Positions 41,329 through 51,997 of a stretch of 52,190 nt of DNA are shown here, piece by piece. The notes below the pieces were generated by a model. The model was not told the DNA's origin, ran no database searches, and saw only the letters and a list, made by a program, of their open reading frames with translations. The translations under genes and the position numbers were made by a program. The DNA lies in assembly GCA_034530615.2 (NCBI GenBank), contig JAVRCV020000050.1, positions 1-52,190 on the forward strand, in the 5' to 3' direction. Position 1 is the first letter of the stretch. Every line of letters begins with the position of its first letter. This DNA is from Aulosira sp. ZfuVER01 (GTDB lineage Bacteria > Cyanobacteriota > Cyanobacteriia > Cyanobacteriales > Nostocaceae).

Positions 41329-42699
41329 GTGAACGATCTGCAAAACAAGTTACCTCAAGATCATTGTGAGGATCTAAAACGTGATTTTCAGGTGGTCAAC
41401 CGTGCCTTGCGCGTTTTGAGTGTTTGTACGCAAGCTGTGATTCGAGCAACCGATGAAGTAACGCTGTTACAAACACTGTGCCAACTAATTACCGAAGAAG
41501 CAGCTTATCGGATGGCATGGGTTGGGTATGTTTGTCATGATGCAGACAAAACCGTTCAACCTGTGGTCTGGGCAGGGTATGAAGCGGAATACTTGCAGAC
41601 GGCGAATATCTCCTGGGCAGATACAGAACGGGGACAAGGGCCGACTGGAAGAGCCATTCGATTGCGCCAGCCCGTCGCCTGCCAGAATATGCTGGAAGAC
41701 CCTAGTTTTGCCCCCTGGCGGGAAGCAGCACGGCAGCGAGGGTACGAATCGTCACTAGTGCTACCGTTGTTGGATGAAGGAGAGGTCTTTGGCACACTGA
41801 ATATTTATTCAGTTGAGACGAATGCGTTTGATTTTCAAGAAGTGGAACTGCTGACAGAACTAGCAGACAGCTTGAGTTTTGGGATTTTGGCATTGCGGGC
41901 AAAGCAGAAACGCCAGCAGGCAGAACTGAGGATTTTGCGACTCAACGAAGAATTGGAGCAACGGGTTGAAGAACGAACTGCTGAATTGACCCAAGCAACA
42001 GAGGAGTTACAACGATCGAATCACGAATTGGAGCAGTTTGCTTACGTCGCATCCCATGATTTACAGGAACCCTTGCGGGCGATCGCAGGCTATACCCAAT
42101 TGTTAATCAGCGAGTATGGCGATCGCTTTGATGACACGGCACGCTCCTATGCGGAGGTTGTGAGCGATGGGGCAAAGCGGATGCAGCAACTAATCCAGGA
42201 TTTGCTGACCTATTCACGGGTGGGTACTCGCAGCCAGGAATTGGCGCTTACAGAATGTAATGCCGTGGTGCAAGAGGCTTTGCGGAATTTGCAGGTGGCT
42301 ATCGCCCAAAGCCATACAGTCATCATTGTTGATCCACTGCCCACTCTCAAAGCCGATCAAAACCAATTGGTGCAACTGTTTCAAAACCTAATCGGTAATG
42401 CCATCAAATTTTGTAAAGAGGATTGTCCCCGCATTCAAATTCGCGCCATTCAACGCGAAACAGATTTTCTCTTCCAAGTAGAAGATAATGGTATTGGCAT
42501 TAAACCCAAATACCTGGATCGGATTTTTGAGGTGTTTAAACGGCTCCACACCCGTCGAGAATATCCCGGCACTGGTATTGGATTAGCAATTTGTAAGAAA
42601 ATTGTGACTCGGCATGGCGGACAAATGTGGGCAGAATCCATTCCTGGTATTGGCAGCACTTTCTGCTTTACCATTCCCCATCATCTCAATGAACAATAA
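41329..42699 (+). CDS. GAF sensor histidine kinase with a Cph1-type kinase module
   Basis: GAF (GQGPTGRAIR, PWREAA); FAYVASHDLQEPLR and FKRLHTRREYPGTGIGL; GTG at 41329 preferred because the 41179 extension runs through STRR sequence. Confidence 0.9.
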   Translation: MNDLQNKLPQDHCEDLKRDFQVVNRALRVLSVCTQAVIRATDEVTLLQTLCQLITEEAAYRMAWVGYVCHDADKTVQPVVWAGYEAEYLQTANISWADTERGQGPTGRAIRLRQPVACQNMLEDPSFAPWREAARQRGYESSLVLPLLDEGEVFGTLNIYSVETNAFDFQEVELLTELADSLSFGILALRAKQKRQQAELRILRLNEELEQRVEERTAELTQATEELQRSNHELEQFAYVASHDLQEPLRAIAGYTQLLISEYGDRFDDTARSYAEVVSDGAKRMQQLIQDLLTYSRVGTRSQELALTECNAVVQEALRNLQVAIAQSHTVIIVDPLPTLKADQNQLVQLFQNLIGNAIKFCKEDCPRIQIRAIQRETDFLFQVEDNGIGIKPKYLDRIFEVFKRLHTRREYPGTGIGLAICKKIVTRHGGQMWAESIPGIGSTFCFTIPHHLNEQ

Positions 42700-42748
42700 T
42701 CTGACGTTTCAACCGATTGAAATATTGATGTGCGTCAGCGAATTTTAG
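42689..42748 (+). pseudogene. N-terminal stub of an Rcp1-type response regulator
   Basis: ATG overlapping the kinase 3' end gives MNNNLTFQPIEILM, then the frame breaks into STRR sequence. Confidence 0.55.
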
Positions 42749-42898
42749 ATTTTAAATTTTGGATTGAAGATTCAAAATTTAAAATCTAAACGGCTTTGAG
42801 AGCAAGCGAATTCGACTTGGAGCAACAGCTCCCTATACCCCAAGCAAAGGAGGAAGCAACCTCATCCACCCAAGAGAAGATGCAGCTTTCCGCCCCTT

Positions 42899-43372
42899 TC
42901 AATGAATCTCCTGCATATCATGTTCAAGAGAGGCTCGCTCTCTTGTCCAACCATCAATAGCATCACCCAAGGCTGTAGTTAAATTGTCGCGGGTTTGGGC
43001 GTGGTTATCTTGCTCAGTTTTCAAAGCTTGTAACAGGCGATCGCGTTCTTTGATGGCGGTAACTAATTTAGCTTTCAACTCCTCCACCGATTGCAGTTGT
43101 TCTATTTCTTGTTGGATAGCTGTTACTGCTGTAGCATCAGGGAGTGCTTGTGTATCCAAACCTTGGACTTTCTGCAATTCTGCTTTTAGGGATGCGATCG
43201 CCTGTTGAGATAGCTGAGTATCGGTGCGGCGTTGTTCTGCCTCTGTGTTATAGAGTTTACGCCACTTTTCAGCACTTTCCCAAGCGACATCGCGATCGCG
43301 CTGGATTGCTACCATCTGCTGTTTGAGAGACTGGATTTCAGTCAACCATTGTGTTGTTAAGTCTTGACTCAT
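42899..43372 (-). CDS. Hypothetical coiled-coil protein
   Basis: 157-aa heptad-rich ORF; WRKLYNTEAEQRR and LTTALGDAID. Confidence 0.85.
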   Translation of the reverse strand: MSQDLTTQWLTEIQSLKQQMVAIQRDRDVAWESAEKWRKLYNTEAEQRRTDTQLSQQAIASLKAELQKVQGLDTQALPDATAVTAIQQEIEQLQSVEELKAKLVTAIKERDRLLQALKTEQDNHAQTRDNLTTALGDAIDGWTRERASLEHDMQEIH

Positions 43373-43387
43373 AGCGATTATTGATTA

Positions 43388-43708
43388 GTTAATAGTCAAT
43401 AGTCATTCGTCAATAGTCAATAGTCAATAGTCAAGGGTCATTTGTCAAAGGTCAACAGTCAATCAATTTTGGATTTTAGAGACAGCGATTTTAGATTGAC
43501 TGTACCCACTCTTGGGTTACAGCTTGGGGATTTTAGAGACAGCGATTTTAGATTTGTTCAGCCCACAACAAGAGAAGTACGGTCTTGGGGAGACACTGCG
43601 TTGCTGGGGTTCCCCCGGTTGAAGCAAGTGTCGTCTTTGCCCAAGTGGAGCAACTTCGGGGGCTTGCTCGTACCAAAGAAATCATCCAAAATTTAAAATC
43701 TAAAATTG
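43388..43708. repeat. STRR heptamer tracts and nested palindromic repeats
   Basis: (gtcaata)n; attttag/attttgg units with inverted ccaaaat/ctaaaat partners. Confidence 0.7.
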
Positions 43709-43773
43709 GCACGGTCAAGGGTCAAAACTAAATTTGGCAAATTTGTTGAATAAGCAGTCAGAACACCACAATC

Positions 43774-44673
43774 ATGTACCAGTTTCGTTTTGTCCGCTTC
43801 TTTCGCCACCTCAACTGGCGTACCCTCAAGAAAACTGTTGCCAGAACAATGGAAAGGCGACTGTTGGGACTGGCTTCGGAAATTGCTTTCAATGCCATGC
43901 TATCGCTGTTTCCGGCGATGATTGCTTTATTTACAGCCATTGGCTTATTTGCAGAATCGTTGCAAGACACTTTTAGACAACTAGCGATGGAACTCAGGCA
44001 AATTGCGCCAGAAGAAGCATGGTTTCTAATTCAAGATTTTGCCTCTAGAGAAATCGCTAATTCCAAAAATAGTAGTTTGTTTTCTCTCAGTTTTGCGATC
44101 GCAATTTGGGCTGCTTCTGGGGCGATAAGTACTGCGATGACGGCTTTAGATCAAATTCATCAAATTCCCCCAGATCAAATGCGTCCCTTTTGGAAAGCTA
44201 AACTTATTTCTCTGGGACTAACAATCGGTACGATGTTGCTCTTAGTATTCGCTTCATTCTTAGTGTTTATCAGCGATTTACTATTAGCAATGGTTGTGAA
44301 TCAAAATAATTCTTTGGTATTCTTACTTGCTATTTTGCAACAATTACGTTGGCCTTTAGCTTTAAGTATTGTTGCTCTTGCCTGTGGATTTCTCTATCGC
44401 TATGGACCAAGTGTGTGGAATCCAGGTACACCAATGATGCCTGGAGCTAGTTTAGCAGCTGTTTTTTGGGCAATTTTGTCTGCTCTGTTTCGACTTTATG
44501 TGACTAACTTTGGTAACTACAATAAAGTATATGGTGCAGTGGGGGCTGTAATTGTATTAATGCTGTGGCTGTGGATGAGTGCCTTGGTTGTCCTAGTAGG
44601 CGACCAATTAAATGTCACTGTAGGTGAAGATATGCTCTCGCGCAAACAATCAAATTTTCTTAAACAAAATTAA
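43774..44673 (+). CDS. YihY/virulence factor BrkB family membrane protein
   Basis: IAFNAMLSLFP, LYRYGP and YNKVYGAVGAVIVLMLWLW. Confidence 0.92.
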   Translation: MYQFRFVRFFRHLNWRTLKKTVARTMERRLLGLASEIAFNAMLSLFPAMIALFTAIGLFAESLQDTFRQLAMELRQIAPEEAWFLIQDFASREIANSKNSSLFSLSFAIAIWAASGAISTAMTALDQIHQIPPDQMRPFWKAKLISLGLTIGTMLLLVFASFLVFISDLLLAMVVNQNNSLVFLLAILQQLRWPLALSIVALACGFLYRYGPSVWNPGTPMMPGASLAAVFWAILSALFRLYVTNFGNYNKVYGAVGAVIVLMLWLWMSALVVLVGDQLNVTVGEDMLSRKQSNFLKQN

Positions 44674-44732
44674 TTAATAAATATACAGCAGTAAAATACT
44701 TAACTATTCAACGTCAAAAAGCGATCGCACTC

Positions 44733-45239
44733 ATGCCAGATTTTCCTTCTCGATTTCCGATCATTGAACCTGATGCTAAAGCACCTACTATAAAGCGACT
44801 GCGTCAACTAAGTAGGCTTTTGGATAATATTATTACTGTGCCCGGAACTCAGGTTGGTATTGGGCTAGATCCAATTTTAGGATTATTACCTATAGGCGGA
44901 GATGTTTTAGGAGTTATCCTTTCTGGCTACATTGTTGTAGAAGCAGCGCGATTAGGTGTATCTAGAGCGACTCTCGGCAGAATGGTATTTAATATCATCA
45001 TTGATGGTTTGGTAGGTGCTATCCCCATGCTGGGAGATTTGTTTGATTTTGCTTGGAAAGCTAATACTCTGAATATTCAACTATTAGAAGATCACTTAAA
45101 GTCTCCCCACCAAAATAAAAAGGCAGATAAGTGGTTTATCTTAGCGCTGATAGCTGGATTGTTGCTAATTGCCATTGTCTTAGTTATATTGCCTATGATA
45201 ATAATTAGATGGCTGTGGCAGGCCTTAAGTGGTGGTTAA
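44733..45239 (+). CDS. DUF4112 domain protein
   Basis: LLDNIITVPGT, GLDPILGLLPIGGD and GDLFDFAWKAN. Confidence 0.9.
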   Translation: MPDFPSRFPIIEPDAKAPTIKRLRQLSRLLDNIITVPGTQVGIGLDPILGLLPIGGDVLGVILSGYIVVEAARLGVSRATLGRMVFNIIIDGLVGAIPMLGDLFDFAWKANTLNIQLLEDHLKSPHQNKKADKWFILALIAGLLLIAIVLVILPMIIIRWLWQALSGG

Positions 45240-45258
45240 TTAATTGATTGATAAAGGA

Positions 45259-46194
45259 ATGAAAGATTGGTGGGAAGTTACTTTTCCTAAAGGGCGGCAA
45301 AGTGTAATCATTACTGATACACAAGGTTATCCTGTAAAAATTGCTTACGGTGAAAAAGGTACAGGTAAGCCGCTAATTTTCTTACATGGCATGGGTACTT
45401 GGAGCTACAATTGGCGTCATAGTATAGCTCCATTATCCAAATATTGTCGGGTAATTTCTTTTGATGCTAAAGGCTATGGTTTTTCAGAAAAACCTTTGAC
45501 TAGGCGAGAAGATAACGGTCATCAAATTCTTGAACTAGCGCGAGTAATTCAAGAATTATGTGATGAACCGCCTGTGATTGTTGCAGAATCTTTAGGAGGA
45601 TTAACTGCTCTTTCTCTTGCTCAAGAATATCCTGAATTAATAGGGCGGTTAGTAGTTGTCAATGTACCGATTTTTGCCGAAAAATTACCTCATTGGGCAA
45701 TGTGGCTATTAGCCCAAACACCGCTAGAAATCATCGAAACTATAGACTCCTTACGTCTAGCATATTGGTTTGCACCTTTATTTAGAGAAGTCATGGCCAT
45801 AGAAAGACGACAGGTGCTATTCGATCCTTCATTGTTAACGCAAGAAGATATATATTGGATAACCTACCCTTTTACTGAACTTCCTGGGACTCTCGTCAAA
45901 GTTGCCGAAGAGTTACAAATAGCAGCTAGAGAAATTGAAAATTGGCAAAGTAAGAAACCAAATTTACTTACTAAAATTCAAAATAAGTTAAGTGATATTA
46001 CATCCCCCACACTAATTTTATGGGGTGAACAAGATAGTTGGTTTCCTGCTAGTCATGGGGAAAAATTGCATAAAAGTCTCCCCAATGCGAAATTGCAAAT
46101 TCTGCCTAACTGCTGTCACGATGCAGCTGCTGGTTCTTCCAAAGAGGTCAATACAGCGATTGTGGAGTTTTTGCGGGATACAGATTTCTTATAA
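45259..46194 (+). CDS. Alpha/beta fold hydrolase
   Basis: FLHGMG, DAKGYGFS, AESLGG nucleophile elbow, WGEQD and a late His; AAGGA RBS before ATG at 45259. Confidence 0.92.
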   Translation: MKDWWEVTFPKGRQSVIITDTQGYPVKIAYGEKGTGKPLIFLHGMGTWSYNWRHSIAPLSKYCRVISFDAKGYGFSEKPLTRREDNGHQILELARVIQELCDEPPVIVAESLGGLTALSLAQEYPELIGRLVVVNVPIFAEKLPHWAMWLLAQTPLEIIETIDSLRLAYWFAPLFREVMAIERRQVLFDPSLLTQEDIYWITYPFTELPGTLVKVAEELQIAAREIENWQSKKPNLLTKIQNKLSDITSPTLILWGEQDSWFPASHGEKLHKSLPNAKLQILPNCCHDAAAGSSKEVNTAIVEFLRDTDFL

Positions 46195-46507
46195 GGTATA
46201 CGGCTCAGTGAAAATCTCTGTAGGGGCACGACGTTAGTAAGATTATCTAGTTGTGAAGAATATTTTGGGTGCCGTGCCCCTACTACGGGTAATCTTATTC
46301 TCATATTTAACTTAAGGCGAATATAGCTGACACGAGTACTGCAAAGTATTCTATAAGCTTTACAAGATAAGCGCTTCAGGATTTGGCGCACTTTTTGAGA
46401 GAGCAATCAGCGATGCTGCGCTATGAGCGATCGCAACCATGTGCTCGATTTGGTATGAGACGCGACAAGAGGGTTAAGCTTGAAAATGACACGCTAGGGT
46501 TTGGGTC

Positions 46508-47335
46508 ATGGCGGATTCGGTCAAAATATTCAATGAGTATTCAAATCGAGACTTAGAGCAACGGAAAGTTTGGTACACGCCAGTTGTGGAAGCTTATGAT
46601 CGAGGCAGACCCCGCTATCCTGAAGCATTAATTCAGCGAGCGATGGAAGCCGCTCACCTTTTTGCTGATTCAACTATTCTCGAAGTCGGCGGCGGTTCAG
46701 GAATTGCGACAATTCACTTTGCTCAGTTAGGATGTGCAATCGATGTGGTAGAACCGAATCCAGCATTCTCCCAAGTGGCAGAACGTCGTCTTGCAGCATT
46801 TCCTTTGGTTCAACTCTTTCAGCAATCCTTTGAGGAGTGGCAAGTTAAACCGCAAGCGTATGAAATTGTACTAGCAGCAAATGCTTGGCACTGGATATCA
46901 TCCGATATCAAGTATGTGAAAGCGTCACAGACTTTACGGGCGGATGGTTCTCTGGTTTTACTTTGGAATCTGACGCTTGAACCGAGCCATGAAATGTATC
47001 AAGTCTTGAATCAGGTGTATCAAGCTTACGCGCCCGCGATCGCACCGGAGTACGAAGGTCGAGACAAACAAGCTGAAATCGTCGCAGGCTTGGGAAAACC
47101 TGTCTCTTATTCAGGATTGTTTGAGCCTCCCTCCACAGAGATCATTCCTTGCTCCCAAACCTATAGTGTTGATCGGTATCTCGATTATTTGAGTAGCGGC
47201 TCACAATATGTTGCCTTAGAGTCGCAAGTCAGAGCAAATCTATTTTCGGGATTGAGGACTGCGATCGAACAGCAATTCGAGGGCGAAATTCAACTGTTTA
47301 ATTTAGCTGCATTGCAAATTGCGCGGAAGATCTAA
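46508..47335 (+). CDS. Class I SAM-dependent methyltransferase
   Basis: [22 protein letters not shown] and AANAWHW. Confidence 0.9.
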   Translation: MADSVKIFNEYSNRDLEQRKVWYTPVVEAYDRGRPRYPEALIQRAMEAAHLFADSTILEVGGGSGIATIHFAQLGCAIDVVEPNPAFSQVAERRLAAFPLVQLFQQSFEEWQVKPQAYEIVLAANAWHWISSDIKYVKASQTLRADGSLVLLWNLTLEPSHEMYQVLNQVYQAYAPAIAPEYEGRDKQAEIVAGLGKPVSYSGLFEPPSTEIIPCSQTYSVDRYLDYLSSGSQYVALESQVRANLFSGLRTAIEQQFEGEIQLFNLAALQIARKI

Positions 47336-47375
47336 ATCACTGAGGGCAAGCCGTATTTTGGGCGATCGCCTGTCG

Positions 47376-47711
47376 GGTGGTCAACCTGTGTTAGTTCCTG
47401 GTTCGATGGGTACGCACAGCTGGATTTTACTTGGAACTGAAAAAAGCGATCGCCTTTCTTTTGGTTCGAGTTGTCACGGCGCAGGGCGAGTTATGAGTCG
47501 GGCTAAGGCGAAGCGTGAAGTCAGAGGCGATCGCTTGCGTGGCGAACTGGAAAAAGAAGGAATCAATATCCGCGCAGGTTCGATGTCTGGTTTAGCAGAG
47601 GAAGCACCACAAGCCTACAAAGATGTTAGCCGTGTTGTTAATGTTGTTCACAACGCTGGTATTGCCCGTAAGGTGGCTCGTCTAAGACCGGTAGCTGTAA
47701 TCAAAGGATAA
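47376..47711 (+). pseudogene. rtcB: C-terminal fragment of RtcB RNA ligase
   Basis: [33 protein letters not shown] and LRPVAVIKG; the N-terminal majority of the protein is absent. Confidence 0.88.
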
Positions 47712-47725
47712 TATTTACAGAAAAA

Positions 47726-48169
47726 TTAGTTTGAAGCAAAGGGTTTCAGCCAGCCAATTTGCATAGCAGTATCGAGAGCGATCGCGGCGATCGCAAAACA
47801 CAATACACTCTCCCCAGCCAATACCAAATAAGGCAAGACTGTACCATGAAAATTCCAGCCAACTTCTATCTGAGTTAAGCCTCGTACTAAGCCAAACGCA
47901 AATACACCGCCAGTTTTCAGTTGCGGATTGTTGTCTAGGCGAATGATATAGCGGTAAGTAACGCCAAATAATAAACCAGAGAAGAAAGCGATCGCCCCAC
48001 TCAGCAAAAAATCTAAACTTACTAGTGTCGGAAAATACTTTGCCAGCAAGAGAGTATTTACGAGAGTAGCGATCGTGAAGGCTAAAAACAGGGAAATAGC
48101 CCCAATGATTCCAGCCTTCAGCGATTCTAGGCGTTCTGCCATTAGTTGAGACTCTAAAATTCTGTTCAC
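47726..48169 (-). CDS. Conserved hypothetical membrane protein
   Basis: ERLESLKAG, LFGVTYRYIIR and AFGLVRGL; four hydrophobic segments. Confidence 0.85.
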   Translation of the reverse strand: MNRILESQLMAERLESLKAGIIGAISLFLAFTIATLVNTLLLAKYFPTLVSLDFLLSGAIAFFSGLLFGVTYRYIIRLDNNPQLKTGGVFAFGLVRGLTQIEVGWNFHGTVLPYLVLAGESVLCFAIAAIALDTAMQIGWLKPFASN

Positions 48170-48318
48170 AATTGTGCAACGCCACTTTGCAGAATCATTA
48201 GTCCTTAGTTAACCACACTTGTACCCAATCCCCAATGCCCAATCACTACTGAATCAACTCCCTTTTCCCAGTATGATGAATATGAGAAACGTTTTGTAAT
48301 TATTTTAAAAGTGGAACT

Positions 48319-48408
48319 ATGGCGATTTTGACACTGGGCTGGGTATCACTCTTGGTCGTATTCACTTGGTCGATTGCAATGGTAGTTTGGGGCCGTAACG
48401 GACTATAG
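48319..48408 (+). CDS. petN: Cytochrome b6-f complex subunit PetN
   Basis: Manual translation [29 protein letters not shown]; below the ORF-track size cutoff. Confidence 0.97.
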   Translation: MAILTLGWVSLLVVFTWSIAMVVWGRNGL

Positions 48409-48415
48409 AGGAATC

Positions 48416-48577
48416 GTGGAAAGCCCATTCCTGAGTATTTTGACATTGCTTGCTGTACTGCTGCTAATTGCAGTAACTGGGGGCGTTGGTTATTTAACCT
48501 TGGCAGACTGGCGCGATCGCCGTCGTCAAGAAAATGAAAAACGCGCAACCCGAAGCAGCACTCCCAAGCGGCGATGA
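48416..48577 (+). CDS. 53-aa single-TM hypothetical protein
   Basis: Manual translation (GTG) MESPFLSILTLLAVLLLIAVTGGVGYLTLADWRDRRRQENEKRATRSSTPKRR*; GAGGA RBS overlaps the petN stop. Confidence 0.75.
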   Translation: MESPFLSILTLLAVLLLIAVTGGVGYLTLADWRDRRRQENEKRATRSSTPKRR

Positions 48578-48847
48578 TTCTTCTTGCGTGACATAATACA
48601 GCCAAGTTTTCTAGGGTCAACAATTTTTAGGGACACGATGCGATCGTTGTCCCTATATTGTTATATTGATTACTTAAATCCCGGAAAAGCAACGATGTGA
48701 TTTTTATTACTAAAAATATATTAAGTTTGAATTTACCATAGTTAAATTTATTACTTAAGACATATATATTTGGATACCTGTTACCTTTAGATTGGTTCAG
48801 GGAATTCTGAAGATAGAAGACTTTCGATATTTAAAGTCCTATTTGGC

Positions 48848-51800
48848 ATGGAAAACTCCTCTACACTACCACCTACACAACTTAATTCAGCGCCACCACA
48901 ACATTTCCCAGAACAGACAATACCTATCTACCAAGGTGAGAAACATAAAGCGTTATCTAGAGTAATCGCCAGAATTCGTGAGTCACTGGATATAGACATT
49001 ATTTTCAAAGTCACAGTCACTGAGGTACGTCAGCTGCTGAACACTGACCGAGTTGGAGTGTTTCGTTTTTATCCTGAATTAGATTGGGAAGGGGAATTTA
49101 TTTATGAGGACGTAGGAGAGGAGTGGAGTTCGGCACTAACAGCCAAACTGCGCGATCACTGCTTTGCTGCCGATTTTGCCGGGCTTTATCAGCAAGGGCG
49201 AATTAAAGTCATGGATGATATTTATCAAGCCATGATTACTGATTGCCACATCAAGATTCTAGAAAGATTTCAAGTACGCGCCAACATTGTTGCTCCCCTA
49301 ATGAAAGGTAAGGATTTATGGGGATTGTTGTGTATTCATCAGTGTAGTAGACCTCGGCAATGGGAAGCATCAGAAGTAGAATTTGTACAACTCATAGGTG
49401 AGCATTTGGGAGTTGCCTTACAGCAAGCAGATTACCTGGAAAAAGTAAAGTTGCAATCAGCACAATTAGCACAAGCAACAGCAAGAGCAAAAGTAGCAGA
49501 ATGGCAGAAAACTATAGCCATCACTGTTGAGAAAATTCGTCAGTTTCTCGATTTAGAAAGCATTTTCCGTGCTAGTACGGAAGAATTGAGAAAACTGCTG
49601 ACTGCTGACCGTGTTGCTATCTACCGTTTCAATCCAGACTGGAGTGGTGAATTTGTTTTTGAATCAGTAGCAGCAGGTTGGAATTCTCTAATGGAAGAAC
49701 AGTTGCAGCGTCCGGAGTTGGGTGAAAACGTTAGCGACTGTAGTGCCAAGGATTTAGCTGAAGTCCCAGTCATGGATACTTATTTACAAGATACAGATGG
49801 TGGTCGCTTCACCAGAGGCGAAGTATACCGTATTTGTAATGATATTTATAATGCTGGGTTTAGCGACTGCTACATTAAAGTCCTAGAGACTTATCAGGCC
49901 AGAGCTTATGTGATCATTGCTATTTACCACGGTCAAAAGCTCTGGGGCTTACTAGCTGTTTACCAAAACAATGGTAGCCGCGATTGGCAAGAAGATGAAG
50001 TTTATTTGCTCACCCAAGTTAGTACCCAACTGGGTGTAGCTTTGCAGCAAGCCGAATTCTTACAACAATTGCAGAACCAAGCAGCAGAACTGGCTAAAGC
50101 CGCCGAAAGACAAAGGGCGCTGGCGAATACTGTGGAAAAAATTCGTCAGTCCTTAGATATTGACACCATCTTTAAAGCTACTACTCAAGAAGTGCGGCGG
50201 TTGTTAGAAGTTGAACGAGTGTCAATTTATCGCTTTAATCCTGACTGGAGTGGCGAATTTGTTGCTGATTCTATTGCTGACGGCTGGATAGCAACGGCTA
50301 GGATGCAGTCTGAAACAGAGCAGGTTCTTTTACCAGGAACGCCAGCAGGCAAATATGCCCGTCATGAAGTCTTTGTACCAATTTCTCAAGGGGAGAAACT
50401 TTGGGGATTGTTGGTAGCTTATCAAAACTCCCAACTACGTTATTGGCAAGATGAGGAAATTAACTTGCTGGCACAAGTAGGTGTGCAATTAGGAGTAGCA
50501 ATACAGCAAGCAGAAACCTTAAAGCAAGTACAGATACAAGCACAGCAACTGGCTCAAGCTGCTGAACGAGAAAGAGAAGCTGCTGAACGAGAACGCAAAG
50601 CTACCGAAAGGGAAAAAGCATTAGCTGCAACTGTAGAAAAAATTCGCCAATCTTTGGATCTTGATACCATATTTGCTACCAGTACTCAAGAAGTCCGACG
50701 GCTATTAGAAATAGATAGAGCTACTATTTATCGCTTCCGGGCTGATTTGACTGTGGAATTTGTTGCTGAGTCATTAGCCCATAATTGGAAACCAAACCGG
50801 GAAGTTGTGCCTTTAATTATCAAGAATTACTTACAGCAAACCCCAGGAAGAGATTACGCTAACAGTAAAATTATCGTTATTAACGATATTTATAGCACTG
50901 AAGATTATACGAGTCAGATTGCTCTACTCAAACCAATCGTAGTGAGAGCATATATGGTTGTACCAATTTTTCAAGGTGAGAAAATTTGGGGATTGCTGGC
51001 AGCATATCAAAATACCAAACCCCGCGATTGGCAACAAGATGAGATTGATTTGTTAGTGCATATTGGCAATCAACTAGGAGTAGGAATTCAGCAAGCAGAA
51101 TTACTTGAACAGACTCAGCATCAAAAAGAAGAACTTAAGGAGACTCTCCAAGAATTACAGCAAACTCAAAGTCAGTTAATTCAAAGCGAAAAAATGGCTG
51201 GTTTAGGACAGTTAGTAGCTGGAGTAGCACATGAAATTAATAACCCGATTAATTTCATTTATGGCAACATCACCCACGTTACTGAGTACGCTGAAGACTT
51301 ACTGAAATTGCTAGACATTTATCAAAAAAATTATCCTAACCCGAAAGCAGAAGTTCAAAGGCAAGCAGCAGCATTAGATGTAGCTTTTATTGCTAAAGAC
51401 TTGCCTAAAATTCTCAATTCAATGACTGTTGGTGCAGAACGTATCAGTGAATTAGTACTCTCTTTACGTACTTTTTCACGCTTGGATGAAGCGGAAATGA
51501 AGCCAGTTAACATTCATGAAGGTATTGATAGTACCTTATTAATTTTACAACATCGTCTAAAACCACAGGCAGATTTTATTGCTATTGAGATAGTTAAAGA
51601 ATATGGTGAATTACCAAAAATTCAATGCTACGCAGCCCAGATAAATCAGGTATTTATGAATGTTCTTAGCAATGCCATTGATGCTCTAGAACAGTCAATC
51701 ATGTTAGAAAAAAACTTAGAAAATCCTCAAATTAAGATTTGTACAGAGGTAGTAGATGAAAACTCAATCTTGATTCGCATTGCTGATAATGGTTGTGGTA

Positions 51801-51997
51801 TTCCAGAAAATGTGCGATCGCGGATTTTTGACCCTTTCTTCACTACAAAAGAACCTGGTAAAGGAACGGGGTTAGGACTATATATTAGTTACCAGATTGT
51901 TGTCGAAAAACATGGTGGTCAAATCAAATGTTTTTCCGAACCTGGTAAAGGTTCTGAGTTTAGGATTCAAATACCCGTCAAACGTTCGGTTAGTTAA
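48848..51997 (+). CDS. Four-GAF cyanobacteriochrome sensor histidine kinase
   Basis: Four IRxSLD...DR/ERV.IYRF GAF repeats; GAF1 DHCF plus CH; GAF2 insert Cys plus CY; AHEINNP and GKGTGLGL. Confidence 0.95.
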   Translation: MENSSTLPPTQLNSAPPQHFPEQTIPIYQGEKHKALSRVIARIRESLDIDIIFKVTVTEVRQLLNTDRVGVFRFYPELDWEGEFIYEDVGEEWSSALTAKLRDHCFAADFAGLYQQGRIKVMDDIYQAMITDCHIKILERFQVRANIVAPLMKGKDLWGLLCIHQCSRPRQWEASEVEFVQLIGEHLGVALQQADYLEKVKLQSAQLAQATARAKVAEWQKTIAITVEKIRQFLDLESIFRASTEELRKLLTADRVAIYRFNPDWSGEFVFESVAAGWNSLMEEQLQRPELGENVSDCSAKDLAEVPVMDTYLQDTDGGRFTRGEVYRICNDIYNAGFSDCYIKVLETYQARAYVIIAIYHGQKLWGLLAVYQNNGSRDWQEDEVYLLTQVSTQLGVALQQAEFLQQLQNQAAELAKAAERQRALANTVEKIRQSLDIDTIFKATTQEVRRLLEVERVSIYRFNPDWSGEFVADSIADGWIATARMQSETEQVLLPGTPAGKYARHEVFVPISQGEKLWGLLVAYQNSQLRYWQDEEINLLAQVGVQLGVAIQQAETLKQVQIQAQQLAQAAEREREAAERERKATEREKALAATVEKIRQSLDLDTIFATSTQEVRRLLEIDRATIYRFRADLTVEFVAESLAHNWKPNREVVPLIIKNYLQQTPGRDYANSKIIVINDIYSTEDYTSQIALLKPIVVRAYMVVPIFQGEKIWGLLAAYQNTKPRDWQQDEIDLLVHIGNQLGVGIQQAELLEQTQHQKEELKETLQELQQTQSQLIQSEKMAGLGQLVAGVAHEINNPINFIYGNITHVTEYAEDLLKLLDIYQKNYPNPKAEVQRQAAALDVAFIAKDLPKILNSMTVGAERISELVLSLRTFSRLDEAEMKPVNIHEGIDSTLLILQHRLKPQADFIAIEIVKEYGELPKIQCYAAQINQVFMNVLSNAIDALEQSIMLEKNLENPQIKICTEVVDENSILIRIADNGCGIPENVRSRIFDPFFTTKEPGKGTGLGLYISYQIVVEKHGGQIKCFSEPGKGSEFRIQIPVKRSVS

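Noticed and set aside
43471..43554. Two exact 27-bp direct repeats (ggattttagagacagcgattttagatt) with a 30-bp spacer, resembling a mini-CRISPR
   Set aside because: Only two units, built from the attttag STRR heptamer; the spacer is itself a hairpin and no cas genes are present in the window.
43442..43696. 84-aa ORF with a repeated DFRDSDFR peptide
   Set aside because: Translation of the STRR direct repeat, not a credible gene.
48300..48623. 107-aa minus-strand ORF
   Set aside because: Antisense shadow of petN and the 53-aa gene.
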